Shown here one piece after another: positions 9,955 to 19,602 of a stretch of 64,000 nt of DNA. The DNA is taken from the NCBI GenBank assembly GCA_045649205.1, contig JAZRPJ010000187.1, positions 12,163 to 76,162 of the forward strand, given 5' to 3'. The stretch's first letter is position 1, and each line of letters starts with the position of its first letter. The position numbers and the translations under genes were made by a program. The notes under the pieces were generated by a model. It was given only the letters and a program-made list of their open reading frames with translations. It was not told the origin of the DNA and made no database searches. Source of the DNA: Candidatus Flemingiibacterium sp. (lineage in GTDB: Bacteria > Bacillota > Clostridia > Oscillospirales > CAG-272).

Positions 9955-10584
9955 TTACTCAACAATTGTGATGGATTCGATAACAACCTTTTCGATGGGA
10001 GCATCGTAATAGTCTGTTTCAACGGATGCAATCTTGTCCACAACCTCAATGCCTTCAACAACCTTACCAAAGGCTGCATACTGACCGTCAAGGTGAGGAG
10101 CATCCTGGTGCATGATAAAGAACTGACTGCCTGCACTATCGGGCATCTGGCTTCTTGCCATGGAAATAACACCGCGTGTGTGCTTAAGGTTATTAACAAC
10201 ACCATTAGCTAAAAATTCGCCCTTGATGTTGTGGCCGGGACCGCCTGTACCGTTACCAAGGGGGCAACCGCCCTGAATCATAAATCCACTGATAATTCTG
10301 TGGAATGTAAGACCGTCGTAAAAACCGTCGTTTGCGAGAGTCTTGAAATTTTCAACTGTAATGGGAGCAACATCGGGGTACAATTCAAGCTTTATTGTAT
10401 CGCCGGACTCCATTGTGATAACTGCCTGCACTATTTCTTCAATCCCTTCGGTGGAATTTTCTGTAACGCTTTCAACCGTTACAGCTTCTGTTGGCTGAAC
10501 GTCTTCCGTAGTTTCAACCGCATTTTTGGGTGCACAGCCTGTAATAAGCATCAGGCATGCAAAAACTGCAAAAATTTTCTTCAT
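9955..10584 (-). CDS. ppiB: cyclophilin-type peptidylprolyl isomerase, lipoprotein
   Basis: Lipobox LITGC at the N-terminus. Cyclophilin core FYDGLTFHRIISGFMIQGGCP...GSQFFI. Confidence 0.9.
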   Translation of the reverse strand: MKKIFAVFACLMLITGCAPKNAVETTEDVQPTEAVTVESVTENSTEGIEEIVQAVITMESGDTIKLELYPDVAPITVENFKTLANDGFYDGLTFHRIISGFMIQGGCPLGNGTGGPGHNIKGEFLANGVVNNLKHTRGVISMARSQMPDSAGSQFFIMHQDAPHLDGQYAAFGKVVEGIEVVDKIASVETDYYDAPIEKVVIESITIVE

Positions 10585-10611
10585 ACTTCATCATCCTAAC
10601 TACCATCTAAT

Positions 10612-10640
10612 ATTATATCCGTAATCGGTGTTATTTTCAA
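10612..10640 (-). promoter_or_regulatory. sigma-A-type promoter candidate for the PPIase gene
   Basis: The minus strand reads TTGAAA (10640-10635), 17 nt, TATAAT (10617-10612). Confidence 0.55.
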
Positions 10641-10675
10641 GCATTTTTTAGTATTTTTTGCTCAAAACGTTAAAA

Positions 10676-10708
10676 TATACAAAAACCGTACTACTATAGC
10701 ACGGTTTT
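10676..10708 (-). terminator. terminator of the LCP gene
   Basis: aaaaccgt / acggtttt stem with an inner cta/tag extension. A T-run follows on the minus strand. Confidence 0.5.
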
Positions 10709-10739
10709 GTATAAAATTATTTCACGCTTTCGCTTCTTG

Positions 10740-11627
10740 TTATTTAAATTCTGTTTCAATAAGCGTTTTTAAATCGTCCTTATAGTGAACGTAGTAGGAA
10801 ACCTCGCCTATATACTGACCCTCGCCGGGCACAGTGAATGACTTGAACTTTTCGCTGTCCTTAACAGCCAGAAGCTGTTTACCTGCATCAATCATTTCAC
10901 GGCGTGTCATATCCGTTGAGGAATTTTTCTCAACAATTGAGTACACCTCGGGGATTTTAAGAATATACGCTGCCGTAAGCTTCTGCTCGATAAGCTCCTT
11001 CATAAAGTCCTGCTGGACCTTAATGCGGTCAATGTCGCCGTTTGTATAGCGACGGAAACGCACCAGCTGCTCTGCCTTGTCACCGTCAAGAAGCTGGTAG
11101 CCTCTTTCAAGGTGAATGTACAAATCCTGCAAGGGGTCTTCATAGTCCATCTTGCGTGGCACTGTAAAGTACACGCCGCCCAAAGCATCGATTGTGTCAC
11201 GGAAAGCCTTTGTGTCGATGAGGAAATAATGGTGCACAGGCAAGCCGGTAAGCTCCTTGACGCAATTTATTACCTGCTCAACACCGCCATGGGAAAAGGA
11301 AGAATTTATCTTCAGGTTGCGGTTATTAAGTCTGATTCGTGTATCACGGGGGATAGAAAGCATATTTACCTGATGGTCCACCGGGTCAATCTGACAAAGC
11401 ATCATAACGTCAGTAAGCTTTGCTTCAACATCCACACCTAACAGGAGTATATTATACGGCTTGCTTTTCTCAACCTCTTCAAGACCCTTTACATGTTCGT
11501 CCACTGTGCCGTCAGGCATGTTTACGCCACCGCCAAAGGCTGAGTTAAAGAAAATAATTCCCGCCGAAAAAATTGCAAATATGAAGGTTGTACAAGTTAC
11601 GATTAAAAGATATTTTTTTACATTCAT
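10740..11627 (-). CDS. LCP (LytR-CpsA-Psr) family cell-wall polymer transferase
   Basis: An N-terminal TM segment, then NILLLGVDVE...DVMMLCQIDP...NMLSIPRDT, the classic LCP core. Confidence 0.85.
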   Translation of the reverse strand: MNVKKYLLIVTCTTFIFAIFSAGIIFFNSAFGGGVNMPDGTVDEHVKGLEEVEKSKPYNILLLGVDVEAKLTDVMMLCQIDPVDHQVNMLSIPRDTRIRLNNRNLKINSSFSHGGVEQVINCVKELTGLPVHHYFLIDTKAFRDTIDALGGVYFTVPRKMDYEDPLQDLYIHLERGYQLLDGDKAEQLVRFRRYTNGDIDRIKVQQDFMKELIEQKLTAAYILKIPEVYSIVEKNSSTDMTRREMIDAGKQLLAVKDSEKFKSFTVPGEGQYIGEVSYYVHYKDDLKTLIETEFK

Positions 11628-11780
11628 ACTATCTTCTCCGATTTTTCAAATTCACACTGTACCAATTTTAATTATATAATATCGCGGCTTACTTGTCAAG
11701 AAAGCCTCTTCATTTATAATACCATTTAAACCGACAAAAAGTTGCATGAATTTGTAAAATTTTTTTAAACTGTCCCCGGC

Positions 11781-11815
11781 TTGCAAACAAAAAGCACGCC
11801 TTTCGGCGTGCTTTT
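11781..11815 (-). terminator. rho-independent terminator of the opp operon
   Basis: aaaagcacgcc / ggcgtgctttt with loop tttc. The minus strand continues TTTTTGTTT. Confidence 0.75.
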
Positions 11816-11825
11816 AAACTTAATC

Positions 11826-13643
11826 TTATTCTACTGTTGTGTACATGAAGTACTTGTAACCCAAGGGGTTGGAGTAGAAGCCCTTAACGGAAGAGTTAAG
11901 CATGTAGATATCTGTGTAGTAGTAAACAGGGTTGATACAGCCTGTGGACATAAGAAGGTCTTCTGCATAGTGCATAAGAGCATATCTTGTTTCGATATCG
12001 CCGCAGGACTTAACGTAGGAAATAACTACGTCGTATGTTTCTGCCCATGTACCGTTTTCAACAACTACATCATAACCGAAGGGTGTAAGGTCGATGGAGT
12101 AGCCCTTGAAGTCTGCGTGAGCACCCTTACCGAGCTGAGCATCGTTGTTACCGGAAGATGTAATCCACATGTCAAGGAATGTGATGGGATCGTTGTAGTC
12201 AGCTACCCAACCATGTCTTGCAACGGAGAAGTCACCGTTGTTACGTGTGTTAAGGAATGTGTTCCATTCCTGGTTTTCGAGGTTAAGTGTGAAGCCTACG
12301 CCTGCGAATGCGCCCTGGATATATTCACCGATAGCCTGGTGAGCATCGTTTGTGTTGTAAATATATGTGAGAGAAGGAGCATTTGTGAACATGCCTGTAG
12401 CTTCATCGAATGCGTAGTACTTCTTAAGAACTTCAACAGCTGCTGTGAAGTTTGCTTCAACAGCGTTTATATCGAAGTAGCCTGTGTATTCGTCGGAATT
12501 ACCTGCATTCTGGATGTATTCTGTGCCGTCAGCATCTGTAAGACCGCTACCTACAAATGTGGATGCGGGCATTTCACCTGCCTGGCTGATTGCTTCTACA
12601 ATGTAGTTACGGTCAAGAAGAAGACCGAGTGCGTTACGGATTTCAGCCTGAGCTGCTTCCTTTTCAGCGCCTGTGAGAGTTGTGTCTGCAGGAAGGAGTG
12701 TTTCGTTAACGTTCCAGCATACGAAGTAAGTACCGAGCTGACCTGCAACTACAAATTCATCGGGATACTGAGTCTTAAGAGCGGGGATTTCCGCTGTGGG
12801 AACGTCATCGATAAGAAGCCAGGAACCGTTCTTGAAGTTTGTGAGCATGTTGTTTGCGTCATCGGAAAGATAGCACTTGATTTCGGGCATTGTTACAGCT
12901 GCCGCATCATAGTAGTTTTCGTTCTTTGTAAGTGTGATAACGCTGTCATGTTCCCAAGCTGTGATTGTGTAGGGACCGTTACATACATATGTGGAGGGAT
13001 CTGTAGCCCAAGCTTCGTCAGCTACAACATCTTCACGTACAGGCATGTATGTGGGGAAAGCAAGAAGCTCGTTCCAGTAGTTAACCTTGTTGTAAAGAGT
13101 AACTTCGAGAGTTCTTTCGTCAAGAGCTTCAACAGCAAGCTTAGCGCCTTCTGCTTCTGCTTCAACATCCTTGTAGCCCTTGATTACGTCAAACATGTAG
13201 CAGTAGTCAGCTGCTGTAGCGGGAGCTGCAGCTCTGTTCCAGCTGAATACGAAATCAGCTGCTGTGAGAGGCTGACCGTCGGACCACTTAAGACCTTCTT
13301 TAAGTGTGTAGGTATAAGTGATTGTACCGTCTTCGTTTTCAACACCTTCAACAAGCTCTTCAACGCATTCGGGAACGATTACGAGGTTGCCGTTATCGTC
13401 CTGAGCCCACTTAGCAAGAGAAGAGAAAAGGTGTGCTACCATTGTTGCACCGTCAACAGAAGAGTTGAGTGCGGGGTCAAGTGTGTCGGGTTCGGAAGCA
13501 AGACATACTGCAAGAGACTGAACAGGAGCTGCTGCTGTGGGGTCAGTTGCATTATCGTTGCCGCCGCAAGCTGCCATTGAAAGTACAAATGTACAAGCAA
13601 GGACAACCGCTAAAAGTTTTCTGAGTTTCATGGTTTTTTCCAT
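11826..13643 (-). CDS. oppA: ABC transporter substrate-binding lipoprotein, peptide/nickel family 5 (OppA/DppA-like)
   Basis: Lipobox LSMAACGG. 605 aa with family-5 SBP-like sequence. It is the last gene of the BCDFA operon. Confidence 0.85.
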   Translation of the reverse strand: MEKTMKLRKLLAVVLACTFVLSMAACGGNDNATDPTAAAPVQSLAVCLASEPDTLDPALNSSVDGATMVAHLFSSLAKWAQDDNGNLVIVPECVEELVEGVENEDGTITYTYTLKEGLKWSDGQPLTAADFVFSWNRAAAPATAADYCYMFDVIKGYKDVEAEAEGAKLAVEALDERTLEVTLYNKVNYWNELLAFPTYMPVREDVVADEAWATDPSTYVCNGPYTITAWEHDSVITLTKNENYYDAAAVTMPEIKCYLSDDANNMLTNFKNGSWLLIDDVPTAEIPALKTQYPDEFVVAGQLGTYFVCWNVNETLLPADTTLTGAEKEAAQAEIRNALGLLLDRNYIVEAISQAGEMPASTFVGSGLTDADGTEYIQNAGNSDEYTGYFDINAVEANFTAAVEVLKKYYAFDEATGMFTNAPSLTYIYNTNDAHQAIGEYIQGAFAGVGFTLNLENQEWNTFLNTRNNGDFSVARHGWVADYNDPITFLDMWITSSGNNDAQLGKGAHADFKGYSIDLTPFGYDVVVENGTWAETYDVVISYVKSCGDIETRYALMHYAEDLLMSTGCINPVYYYTDIYMLNSSVKGFYSNPLGYKYFMYTTVE

Positions 13644-13680
13644 CCTTTCTTTTTATATCTTAAGCTTTTCGCTTAAAATT

Positions 13681-14658
13681 TTAATTAATTTCGTTCACTC
13701 TGTGGCATGCCACGAAGTGACCTGTCTGTACCTCTTTGAACTCAGGCATCGCCTCGGCACAAACATCGGTTGCATAGGGACATCTTGTTCTGAAGGGGCA
13801 ACCCGAGGGTGCATTCAAAGGAGAAGGTATATCACCTTCAAGCACAATTCTTGTGTTTTCGCGCGCAATCTTCGGGTCCGGAACAGGCACCGCAGAAAGA
13901 AGCGATTTTGAGTACGGATGCAAGGGATTGTCATAAATCTCCTTGGAATCCGCAAGTTCAACCATTCTGCCCAAATACATTACGGCGATACGGTCGCTTA
14001 TGTGACGTACAACCAACAAATCGTGTGCAATGAAAAGATACGTAAGACCCATCTTGTCCTGCAAGTCTTCAAACATGTTGATAACCTGCGCCTGAATGGA
14101 TACGTCAAGAGCACTTACAGGCTCGTCACATACAATAAAGTCGGGATTTACAGCCAGAGAACGCGCAATACCAATTCTCTGCCTCTGACCGCCGGAGAAT
14201 TCATGGGCATAACGGGAAGCGTGCTCACTGTTAAGACCAACGTGTCCCATAAGCTCAAGAATTTTTTCCTCTCTCTCCTTTTTGGAAGTGTACATTTTGT
14301 GCACATCGAGAGGCTCACCTATAATGTCAGAGACGGTCATTCTCGGATTAAGAGACGAATAGGGGTCCTGGAAAACCATTGTTGCATGACGGCGGAAATC
14401 CTCTATGCTCTGCTTGGATTTAATTTGCTTTCCGTCATAGATAATTTCACCGCTTGTAGGGTTATAAAGGTGGAGAATTGTTCTGCCGACAGTTGTCTTA
14501 CCGCAGCCCGATTCACCTACGAGACCTAAGGTCTCGCCCTTTTTAATAGCAAAGGAAACATTGTCAACCGCCTTAAGCTTCTTTGTTTTAAAAAGCCCCG
14601 TGTTAACGTCGAAATACTTAGAAAGTCCGTTGACTTCGATTAAAGGCTTATTATTCAT
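13681..14658 (-). CDS. oppF: oligopeptide ABC transporter ATP-binding protein
   Basis: Walker [10 protein letters not shown], signature FSGGQRQR, and a C-terminal oligopeptide-type extension. The ATG at 14658 (MNNKPLIE) overlaps the oppD stop and has an RBS; the track start is 14676. Confidence 0.9.
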   Translation of the reverse strand: MNNKPLIEVNGLSKYFDVNTGLFKTKKLKAVDNVSFAIKKGETLGLVGESGCGKTTVGRTILHLYNPTSGEIIYDGKQIKSKQSIEDFRRHATMVFQDPYSSLNPRMTVSDIIGEPLDVHKMYTSKKEREEKILELMGHVGLNSEHASRYAHEFSGGQRQRIGIARSLAVNPDFIVCDEPVSALDVSIQAQVINMFEDLQDKMGLTYLFIAHDLLVVRHISDRIAVMYLGRMVELADSKEIYDNPLHPYSKSLLSAVPVPDPKIARENTRIVLEGDIPSPLNAPSGCPFRTRCPYATDVCAEAMPEFKEVQTGHFVACHRVNEIN

Positions 14659-15670
14659 TGTTTTCACCGCCTTCAATTTCCATTAACGCCTCACCGGAAG
14701 AAAGTGCACTCTTAGCACACATCCAGCAACGGCTTGTATGATTTTCGCCCACCTCAAATTCAGGTGAGGGCTTTGTTATACAAATTTTCATTGCCTCATC
14801 GCAACGGGGTGCAAAGGCACAGCCTTGTGGCATGTTAAGAAGGTCAATGGGCGTGCCTGTAATAGGCTGAAGACGTGTGCCCGCGCTGCTTGTGGAGGGA
14901 AGCGAGCGCATAAGACCCTTCGTGTATTCATGCTGAGGGTTGTAGAAAATTTCGTCTGCGGTGCCTCTTTCGCATATGTTGCCCGCATACATAACGATAA
15001 CTTCGTCACACATCTGTGCAACAACGCCCAAGTCATGTGTAATCATGATAATTGCCATGCCAAGTTCTTTCTGGAGAGACTGCATGAGCTCAAGTATCTG
15101 CGCCTGGATTGTAACGTCAAGGGCAGTTGTGGGTTCGTCGGCAATTAATATATCAGGTTCACAGGCAAGTGCCATAGCAATCATAACTCTCTGCCTCATA
15201 CCGCCGGAGAGCTCAAAGGGGTACTGCTTCATTCTCTTTTCGGGCTCGTTTACGTTAACGAGCTTAAGCATTTCGATAGCTCTTTCCTTTGCCTGCTTTC
15301 TGTTTCTGTCTGTATGAAGAAGAATTGCCTCCATAAGCTGTGAGCCTATTGTATATGTGGGGTTAAGGCTTGTCATGGGGTCCTGGAAGATTATCGAAAC
15401 CTTATTTCCGCGGACGGTTTTCATAACCTTTTCGCCGCTTCCGATAAGCTCCTGCCCGTCAAGAGTGACACTACCGCCTATAATTTTGCCCGCAGGGGCA
15501 AGAATCTGCATAATTGAGTAGGCCGTAACGCTCTTACCTGAGCCCGACTCGCCTACTATACCTAAAACCTTTCCTCTTTCCAATTCAAAGGACACACCGT
15601 TAACAGCTTTGACCTCGCCTGCATCGGTAAAGAAGGAGGTTCTTAAATCTTTAACTTCTAATAGAGCCAT
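14651..15670 (-). CDS. oppD: oligopeptide ABC transporter ATP-binding protein
   Basis: Walker A GESGSGKS, signature LSGGMRQR, Walker [13 protein letters not shown]. Confidence 0.9.
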   Translation of the reverse strand: MALLEVKDLRTSFFTDAGEVKAVNGVSFELERGKVLGIVGESGSGKSVTAYSIMQILAPAGKIIGGSVTLDGQELIGSGEKVMKTVRGNKVSIIFQDPMTSLNPTYTIGSQLMEAILLHTDRNRKQAKERAIEMLKLVNVNEPEKRMKQYPFELSGGMRQRVMIAMALACEPDILIADEPTTALDVTIQAQILELMQSLQKELGMAIIMITHDLGVVAQMCDEVIVMYAGNICERGTADEIFYNPQHEYTKGLMRSLPSTSSAGTRLQPITGTPIDLLNMPQGCAFAPRCDEAMKICITKPSPEFEVGENHTSRCWMCAKSALSSGEALMEIEGGENNE

Positions 15671-15715
15671 TTATAAACAATCCTTTCTATATATAAAGGC
15701 ACGGATTTTTCTTAA

Positions 15716-16774
15716 TTAACCGTTTAACTTGGGGTCAAATGCGTCTCTGAGGCCGTCGCCAAGAAGATTGAGCGACAGTACGATAACTGAAATTACAAGC
15801 GCAGGGATAACCAGTCTGTGAGGATAGCTTGACATACCCTTCAACGCTTCGGACGCCAATGAGCCCAAGGATGGCATGGGTGCATTTACACCCAGACCAA
15901 GGAAAGAAAGATAGCTTTCCGTGAAAATTGCATTGGGAATCTGAAGAGCGGTGGAAATGATAACAACGCTGATGCTGTTGGGGATAAGATGCTTTGTTAT
16001 AATCCAACTGCCCTTTGCTCCTGTTGCGCGTGCCGCAAGAACATATTCCTGCTCACGGAGTGAAAGAATCTGACCACGGATAAGACGGGACATGGAAACC
16101 CAGTAAAGAACACCGAATACAATGAACAAGCTTATGATGTTACTGCCGATTTTTTCAAGAACGGTGCCCGCAATCACGGGTCCTAACGAAACCTTCAATA
16201 CGGAAGAAAGAAGGATAACCATAAGCATGTCGGGAAGTGAATAAATAATATCAACAATGCGCATAATTACAAGGTCAACCTTGCCACCGCAGTAGCCGGC
16301 AATTGAACCGATTGTCATACCGATCAAAAGCACGATAATACTTGCAAAGAAACCAACCGCAAGAGAGATACGTGTGCCGTAAACAACACGGATAAAGTAG
16401 TCTCTACCTAAAGCATCGGTACCGAAAAGGTGCGGAAACACATCCTCGCCCGCTTCCATCATCTTCAACTCTGTTCTGCCATACTCAAAGGGGGCAAGAT
16501 TATTGAAGGAAGGGTCAACAGGCTTACCGGGCTGAAGGCCCAACTGCTGGTCGTAGGAATAGGGCCAGAACATGGGAAGAATAATTGACGCCAGCGCCAC
16601 TATAACAACAAGCATAAGGCTGATTGATGCAATTTTATTTTTCATTAATCTCTTTACGCCATCCTTAAAGAATGTGGAAGAAGGGCGCATTTTTACCAGA
16701 TATTCTTTATCTGCATCGGAAGCAGGATTAAACATATCTAAATCGACTTGCATAGAAAAAGGTTTTTTATTCAT
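15716..16774 (-). CDS. oppC: oligopeptide ABC transporter permease
   Basis: Polytopic, with an EAA-like loop EYVLAARATGAKGSWIITKHLIPN, as in OppC/DppC. Confidence 0.9.
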   Translation of the reverse strand: MNKKPFSMQVDLDMFNPASDADKEYLVKMRPSSTFFKDGVKRLMKNKIASISLMLVVIVALASIILPMFWPYSYDQQLGLQPGKPVDPSFNNLAPFEYGRTELKMMEAGEDVFPHLFGTDALGRDYFIRVVYGTRISLAVGFFASIIVLLIGMTIGSIAGYCGGKVDLVIMRIVDIIYSLPDMLMVILLSSVLKVSLGPVIAGTVLEKIGSNIISLFIVFGVLYWVSMSRLIRGQILSLREQEYVLAARATGAKGSWIITKHLIPNSISVVIISTALQIPNAIFTESYLSFLGLGVNAPMPSLGSLASEALKGMSSYPHRLVIPALVISVIVLSLNLLGDGLRDAFDPKLNG

Positions 16775-16786
16775 GTTTCTGCCTCC

Positions 16787-17716
16787 TTACTCAAGTGTAA
16801 TTCTCGGGTCAATAACCTTATAGAGGATATCGCTCACAAGATTCATGATAACAATAAGTGCTGCAAGCACGATTGTTGTACCCATAATCATGGGGTAATC
16901 GCGGTCAGTAATACTTGACACGAAAGCTCTGCCTATGCCGGGAACAGCAAAAATCTGTTCAACAACCAGAGAGCCTGTTACGATGTATGCAAGCATGGGA
17001 CCGAAGTATGTTGCAACGGGGATAAGCGAATTTTTAAGCGCATGCTTAAAAATCACCTTTGAAGGTGAAACACCCTTTGCTCTTGCTGTACGGATATAGT
17101 CCTGTCCCAAAACGTCCAGCATCGAGGAGCGTGTAAGACGTGTAATATATGCCATGGGGTACAGTGCAAGAGTTATTATAGGAAGAATAAGACCGCCCTC
17201 TGTCGCACCGTTAGCAGGCAGAATGGGGAACTTTACTGCAAAAACAATGAGCAAAAGTGAGCCCATGATAAAGGAAGGCATTGATACAAATGCCGTGGTA
17301 ATTACCATAATAACCTTATCGATGAACTTATTTCGCCTGAGAGCTGCAACCGCACCTAAAACAACGCCTGTTACAAGCGCAATTGATGCAGCGGAAAGAC
17401 CAAGGGGAACGCTTGTCTTAAATCCGTCAGAAATAACGTCAATAACGTCTCTGCCTCGGTTTTTAAGAGAAGGACCAAAGTCAAACCTTGTAACGATATC
17501 AGAAAGATATGTTGTATACTGCTCAAAGAGCGGCTTGTCCATACCGTATTTAGCTTCCAATGCCGCCTGAGCTGCAGGCGTGATTGCCTTTTCACCCATG
17601 AACGGACCACCGGGTACGGCACGCATTACAAAGAAGGTAACCGTAATAACAATCCATACGGTCAGGATTGCCAATAACATTCTTTTAAGGATATAAACAA
17701 GAGTTTTTGAACTCAA
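16787..17716 (-). CDS. oppB: oligopeptide ABC transporter permease
   Basis: YILKRML N-terminus and DYIRTARAKGVSPSKVIFKHALKN loop. The track start at 17752 lies 6 nt after the -10 box. The TTG at 17716, preceded by GAGGTG, is preferred. Confidence 0.85.
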   Translation of the reverse strand: MSSKTLVYILKRMLLAILTVWIVITVTFFVMRAVPGGPFMGEKAITPAAQAALEAKYGMDKPLFEQYTTYLSDIVTRFDFGPSLKNRGRDVIDVISDGFKTSVPLGLSAASIALVTGVVLGAVAALRRNKFIDKVIMVITTAFVSMPSFIMGSLLLIVFAVKFPILPANGATEGGLILPIITLALYPMAYITRLTRSSMLDVLGQDYIRTARAKGVSPSKVIFKHALKNSLIPVATYFGPMLAYIVTGSLVVEQIFAVPGIGRAFVSSITDRDYPMIMGTTIVLAALIVIMNLVSDILYKVIDPRITLE

Positions 17717-17757
17717 TTTTGACACCTCACATACTTTTTCACAATGATACAATCTTA

Positions 17758-17786
17758 ATTATAACAGATTTTTGTTCACAATGCAA
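17758..17786 (-). promoter_or_regulatory. sigma-A-type promoter candidate for the opp operon
   Basis: The minus strand reads TTGCAT (17786-17781), 17 nt, TATAAT (17763-17758). Confidence 0.55.
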
Positions 17787-17814
17787 GCACAAATGTTTCT
17801 TTGCCAAAAATTAA

Positions 17815-17837
17815 GGACTTTGCCGAGGCAAAGTCCC
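17815..17837. terminator. bidirectional terminator after ybaK
   Basis: ggactttgcc / ggcaaagtcc with loop gag. T-rich on both strands. Confidence 0.65.
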
Positions 17838-17856
17838 TTTTTCTGTTTGTTTACTT

Positions 17857-18333
17857 TTAATCAGCACATACCATTTTGCACACATCCACCCATTTTTCGG
17901 GCTTTGCGTATTTTTCGAGCTCTTCTATTGTAAGCTCAATTGCGCTGTTGGAGGAGCCTGCTGCGGGGAAGACAGTTTCAAATCTCTTCAGGCTTTCGTC
18001 AAGGTAAACCTTAACCCCCTCGTTTACCGCAAAGGGGCATACGCCGCCTACTGCGTGGCCTGTAAGAGCGGCAACCACATCATGAGGAAGCATTTTTGCT
18101 TTCGTCTGAAATTCCGCTTTAAACTTAGGGTTGTCAATTTTAACATCACCTGCGCAAACAATCAGAATGCAGCCCTCGCCCATTGCAAAGGAAAGAGTTT
18201 TTGCAATTCTCGCCTCTTCACACCCAAGCGCCTGTGCCGCTAAGGCAACAGTTGCACTTGAAACTTCAAATTCCAACACTTTATCGGCCATGCCGAATTC
18301 ATTAAAATATGCTTTTACTTTTTCAATACTCAT
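17857..18333 (-). CDS. ybaK: YbaK/EbsC-family aminoacyl-tRNA deacylase (prolyl-tRNA editing domain protein)
   Basis: 158 aa, with ...ARIAKTL...GHAVGGVCPF...AAGSSNSAIEL, typical of the YbaK/ProX family. Confidence 0.8.
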   Translation of the reverse strand: MSIEKVKAYFNEFGMADKVLEFEVSSATVALAAQALGCEEARIAKTLSFAMGEGCILIVCAGDVKIDNPKFKAEFQTKAKMLPHDVVAALTGHAVGGVCPFAVNEGVKVYLDESLKRFETVFPAAGSSNSAIELTIEELEKYAKPEKWVDVCKMVCAD

Positions 18334-18344
18334 TTTTATCTCCT

Positions 18345-18905
18345 TTAATATATGCTTGACGAAAAATAGTGCGAGAACATTTTCTTAAAGTTTGAATACA
18401 CGGGGTTTGCTTCGTCTCTGAAATCGAGCTGCATTTCCAGCACCAAGAATGTGTTTTTAAGATAAGTAACATCAAGGCTTTTTCCTTCGATAACATTATC
18501 AAGCACCATTTTTCTGCCCTTTGCGGGGTAAATAAAGTAAAAATCGCCATCAGTGTCAACTATTGCGTACTTCATTCTGCCCACAACCCTTGAGCCCTTA
18601 ACAGCATAATTGTGGTCCACATCCATTCCGATATTGTCAACGGTTATTCTTTTTGTTGCAATCTCGCCGTTTTTCAAATCCTTTTTGCATTTAAGCCAGA
18701 AGGGTATCATATGGAAGGACTGATAAAGGCTTATGATGGGTATGGCAACAATCCATATTGCTTTGCCTATTCTTGAAAATTCGCCGTAGTAAACCATGGC
18801 TGCCGCCAGTGCAATTACAAGCAGAGTCAACAAAATCATTCCTATAAACCAGTACTTTGTAAAAGAGAAATATGTTTTTACTATTTTTTTGTAGTTTTTA
18901 TTCAT
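18345..18905 (-). CDS. hypothetical membrane protein (2 predicted TM segments plus a soluble C-terminal domain)
   Basis: The ATG at 18905 (MNKNYKK) is preceded by AGGTGA. The track start at 18977 would overlap the upstream gene. I recognise no family. Confidence 0.55.
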   Translation of the reverse strand: MNKNYKKIVKTYFSFTKYWFIGMILLTLLVIALAAAMVYYGEFSRIGKAIWIVAIPIISLYQSFHMIPFWLKCKKDLKNGEIATKRITVDNIGMDVDHNYAVKGSRVVGRMKYAIVDTDGDFYFIYPAKGRKMVLDNVIEGKSLDVTYLKNTFLVLEMQLDFRDEANPVYSNFKKMFSHYFSSSIY

Positions 18906-18927
18906 AACTGTCACCTTTCTGTGTTTG

Positions 18928-19398
18928 TTAAAGTGCATAGATTTTATCTGTATTCTTATTTTCTGCAAATTCAACAAATGCTTCGTTCAGAGCCTCTTTT
19001 GACACTCTCATTCCAAGCTCTGCAAGTTCAAAGTAATCATCAAGCCACAGCATAAATGACCACGGGCGTTCATGCTTTTTATCTTCGCCAAGATACATTG
19101 CAATATCATACATAAGCTTTGCAATTTCGTAACTTGTTTTATCACCCGACAGCCAAGAATTGTGTACATACTGCCAGATCAAATCAAATACCACTGCATA
19201 ATCAATCTCGGCTTCAGCTACATAGTCATTAATAACTGCTAGTGTTTCATTTCTGTCAGCCGTGCAGAAGGACAAGTCCAGTACAACGTCACTCAGGGGG
19301 TTTTCTTTTTCAAGCACATCCGAAATATACTTGTCGTAGTCATCTGATATTCCCGCAGATAGCATAAGTTTGTGATAATAAGCTTCTTCGCGCGTCAT
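18928..19398 (-). CDS. hypothetical acidic cytoplasmic protein
   Basis: 156 aa, RBS GAGGTGA, own promoter. I recognise no family. Confidence 0.55.
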   Translation of the reverse strand: MTREEAYYHKLMLSAGISDDYDKYISDVLEKENPLSDVVLDLSFCTADRNETLAVINDYVAEAEIDYAVVFDLIWQYVHNSWLSGDKTSYEIAKLMYDIAMYLGEDKKHERPWSFMLWLDDYFELAELGMRVSKEALNEAFVEFAENKNTDKIYAL

Positions 19399-19418
19399 AA
19401 AATCACCTCAACAAAACA

Positions 19419-19447
19419 AGTATAAACAAATAAGATGATTTTGTCAA
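19419..19447 (-). promoter_or_regulatory. sigma-A-type promoter candidate for the 19398-18345 gene pair
   Basis: The minus strand reads TTGACA (19447-19442), 17 nt, TATACT (19424-19419). Confidence 0.55.
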
Positions 19448-19456
19448 ATAAAGACT

Positions 19457-19562
19457 ATAAGAGGGTGGATTTTGGTCCGCGCTCCTGCCAAACAGTCCAC
19501 CGGACTGTTTGCCTCGCCTGCGGGCGACCGGAGCTGTCCTCATCTCATCCTCTCATTCCACC
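19457..19562 (-). other. GC-rich structured element of about 105 nt (candidate ncRNA or tRNA-derived remnant)
   Basis: A 10-bp hairpin (19489-19498 / 19502-19511), a 5-bp hairpin (19514-19518 / 19523-19527), an enclosing gctcc/ggagc helix, and terminal pairings. A 12-nt copy of the tRNA-Tyr 3' end lies at 19460-19471. See findings. Confidence 0.4.
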
Positions 19563-19565
19563 AAA

Positions 19566-19602
19566 CAAAAAAGCTTGTCGGGATACGACAAGCTTTTTTG
19601 TT
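19566..19602. terminator. strong bidirectional terminator directly after tRNA-Tyr
   Basis: A 15-bp stem, caaaaaagcttgtcg / cgacaagcttttttg, with loop ggata. T-runs on both strands. Confidence 0.8.

Noticed and set aside
11781-13580. 599-aa plus-strand ORF, Cys/Val-rich
   Set aside because: It lies exactly antisense to the well-supported oppA-like gene. Its composition is low-complexity, it has no RBS and it contains no recognisable domain. It is a shadow ORF caused by codon bias.
19457-19562. The structured element interpreted as tRNA-Sec, SRP (4.5S) RNA or a riboswitch
   Set aside because: There is no 7-nt loop with a UCA anticodon and no foldable T-arm. The conserved SRP domain IV motif with internal loops is absent, since the hairpin is perfectly paired. 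It sits upstream of the next gene's promoter, not in a 5' UTR. I kept it as an unknown element instead.
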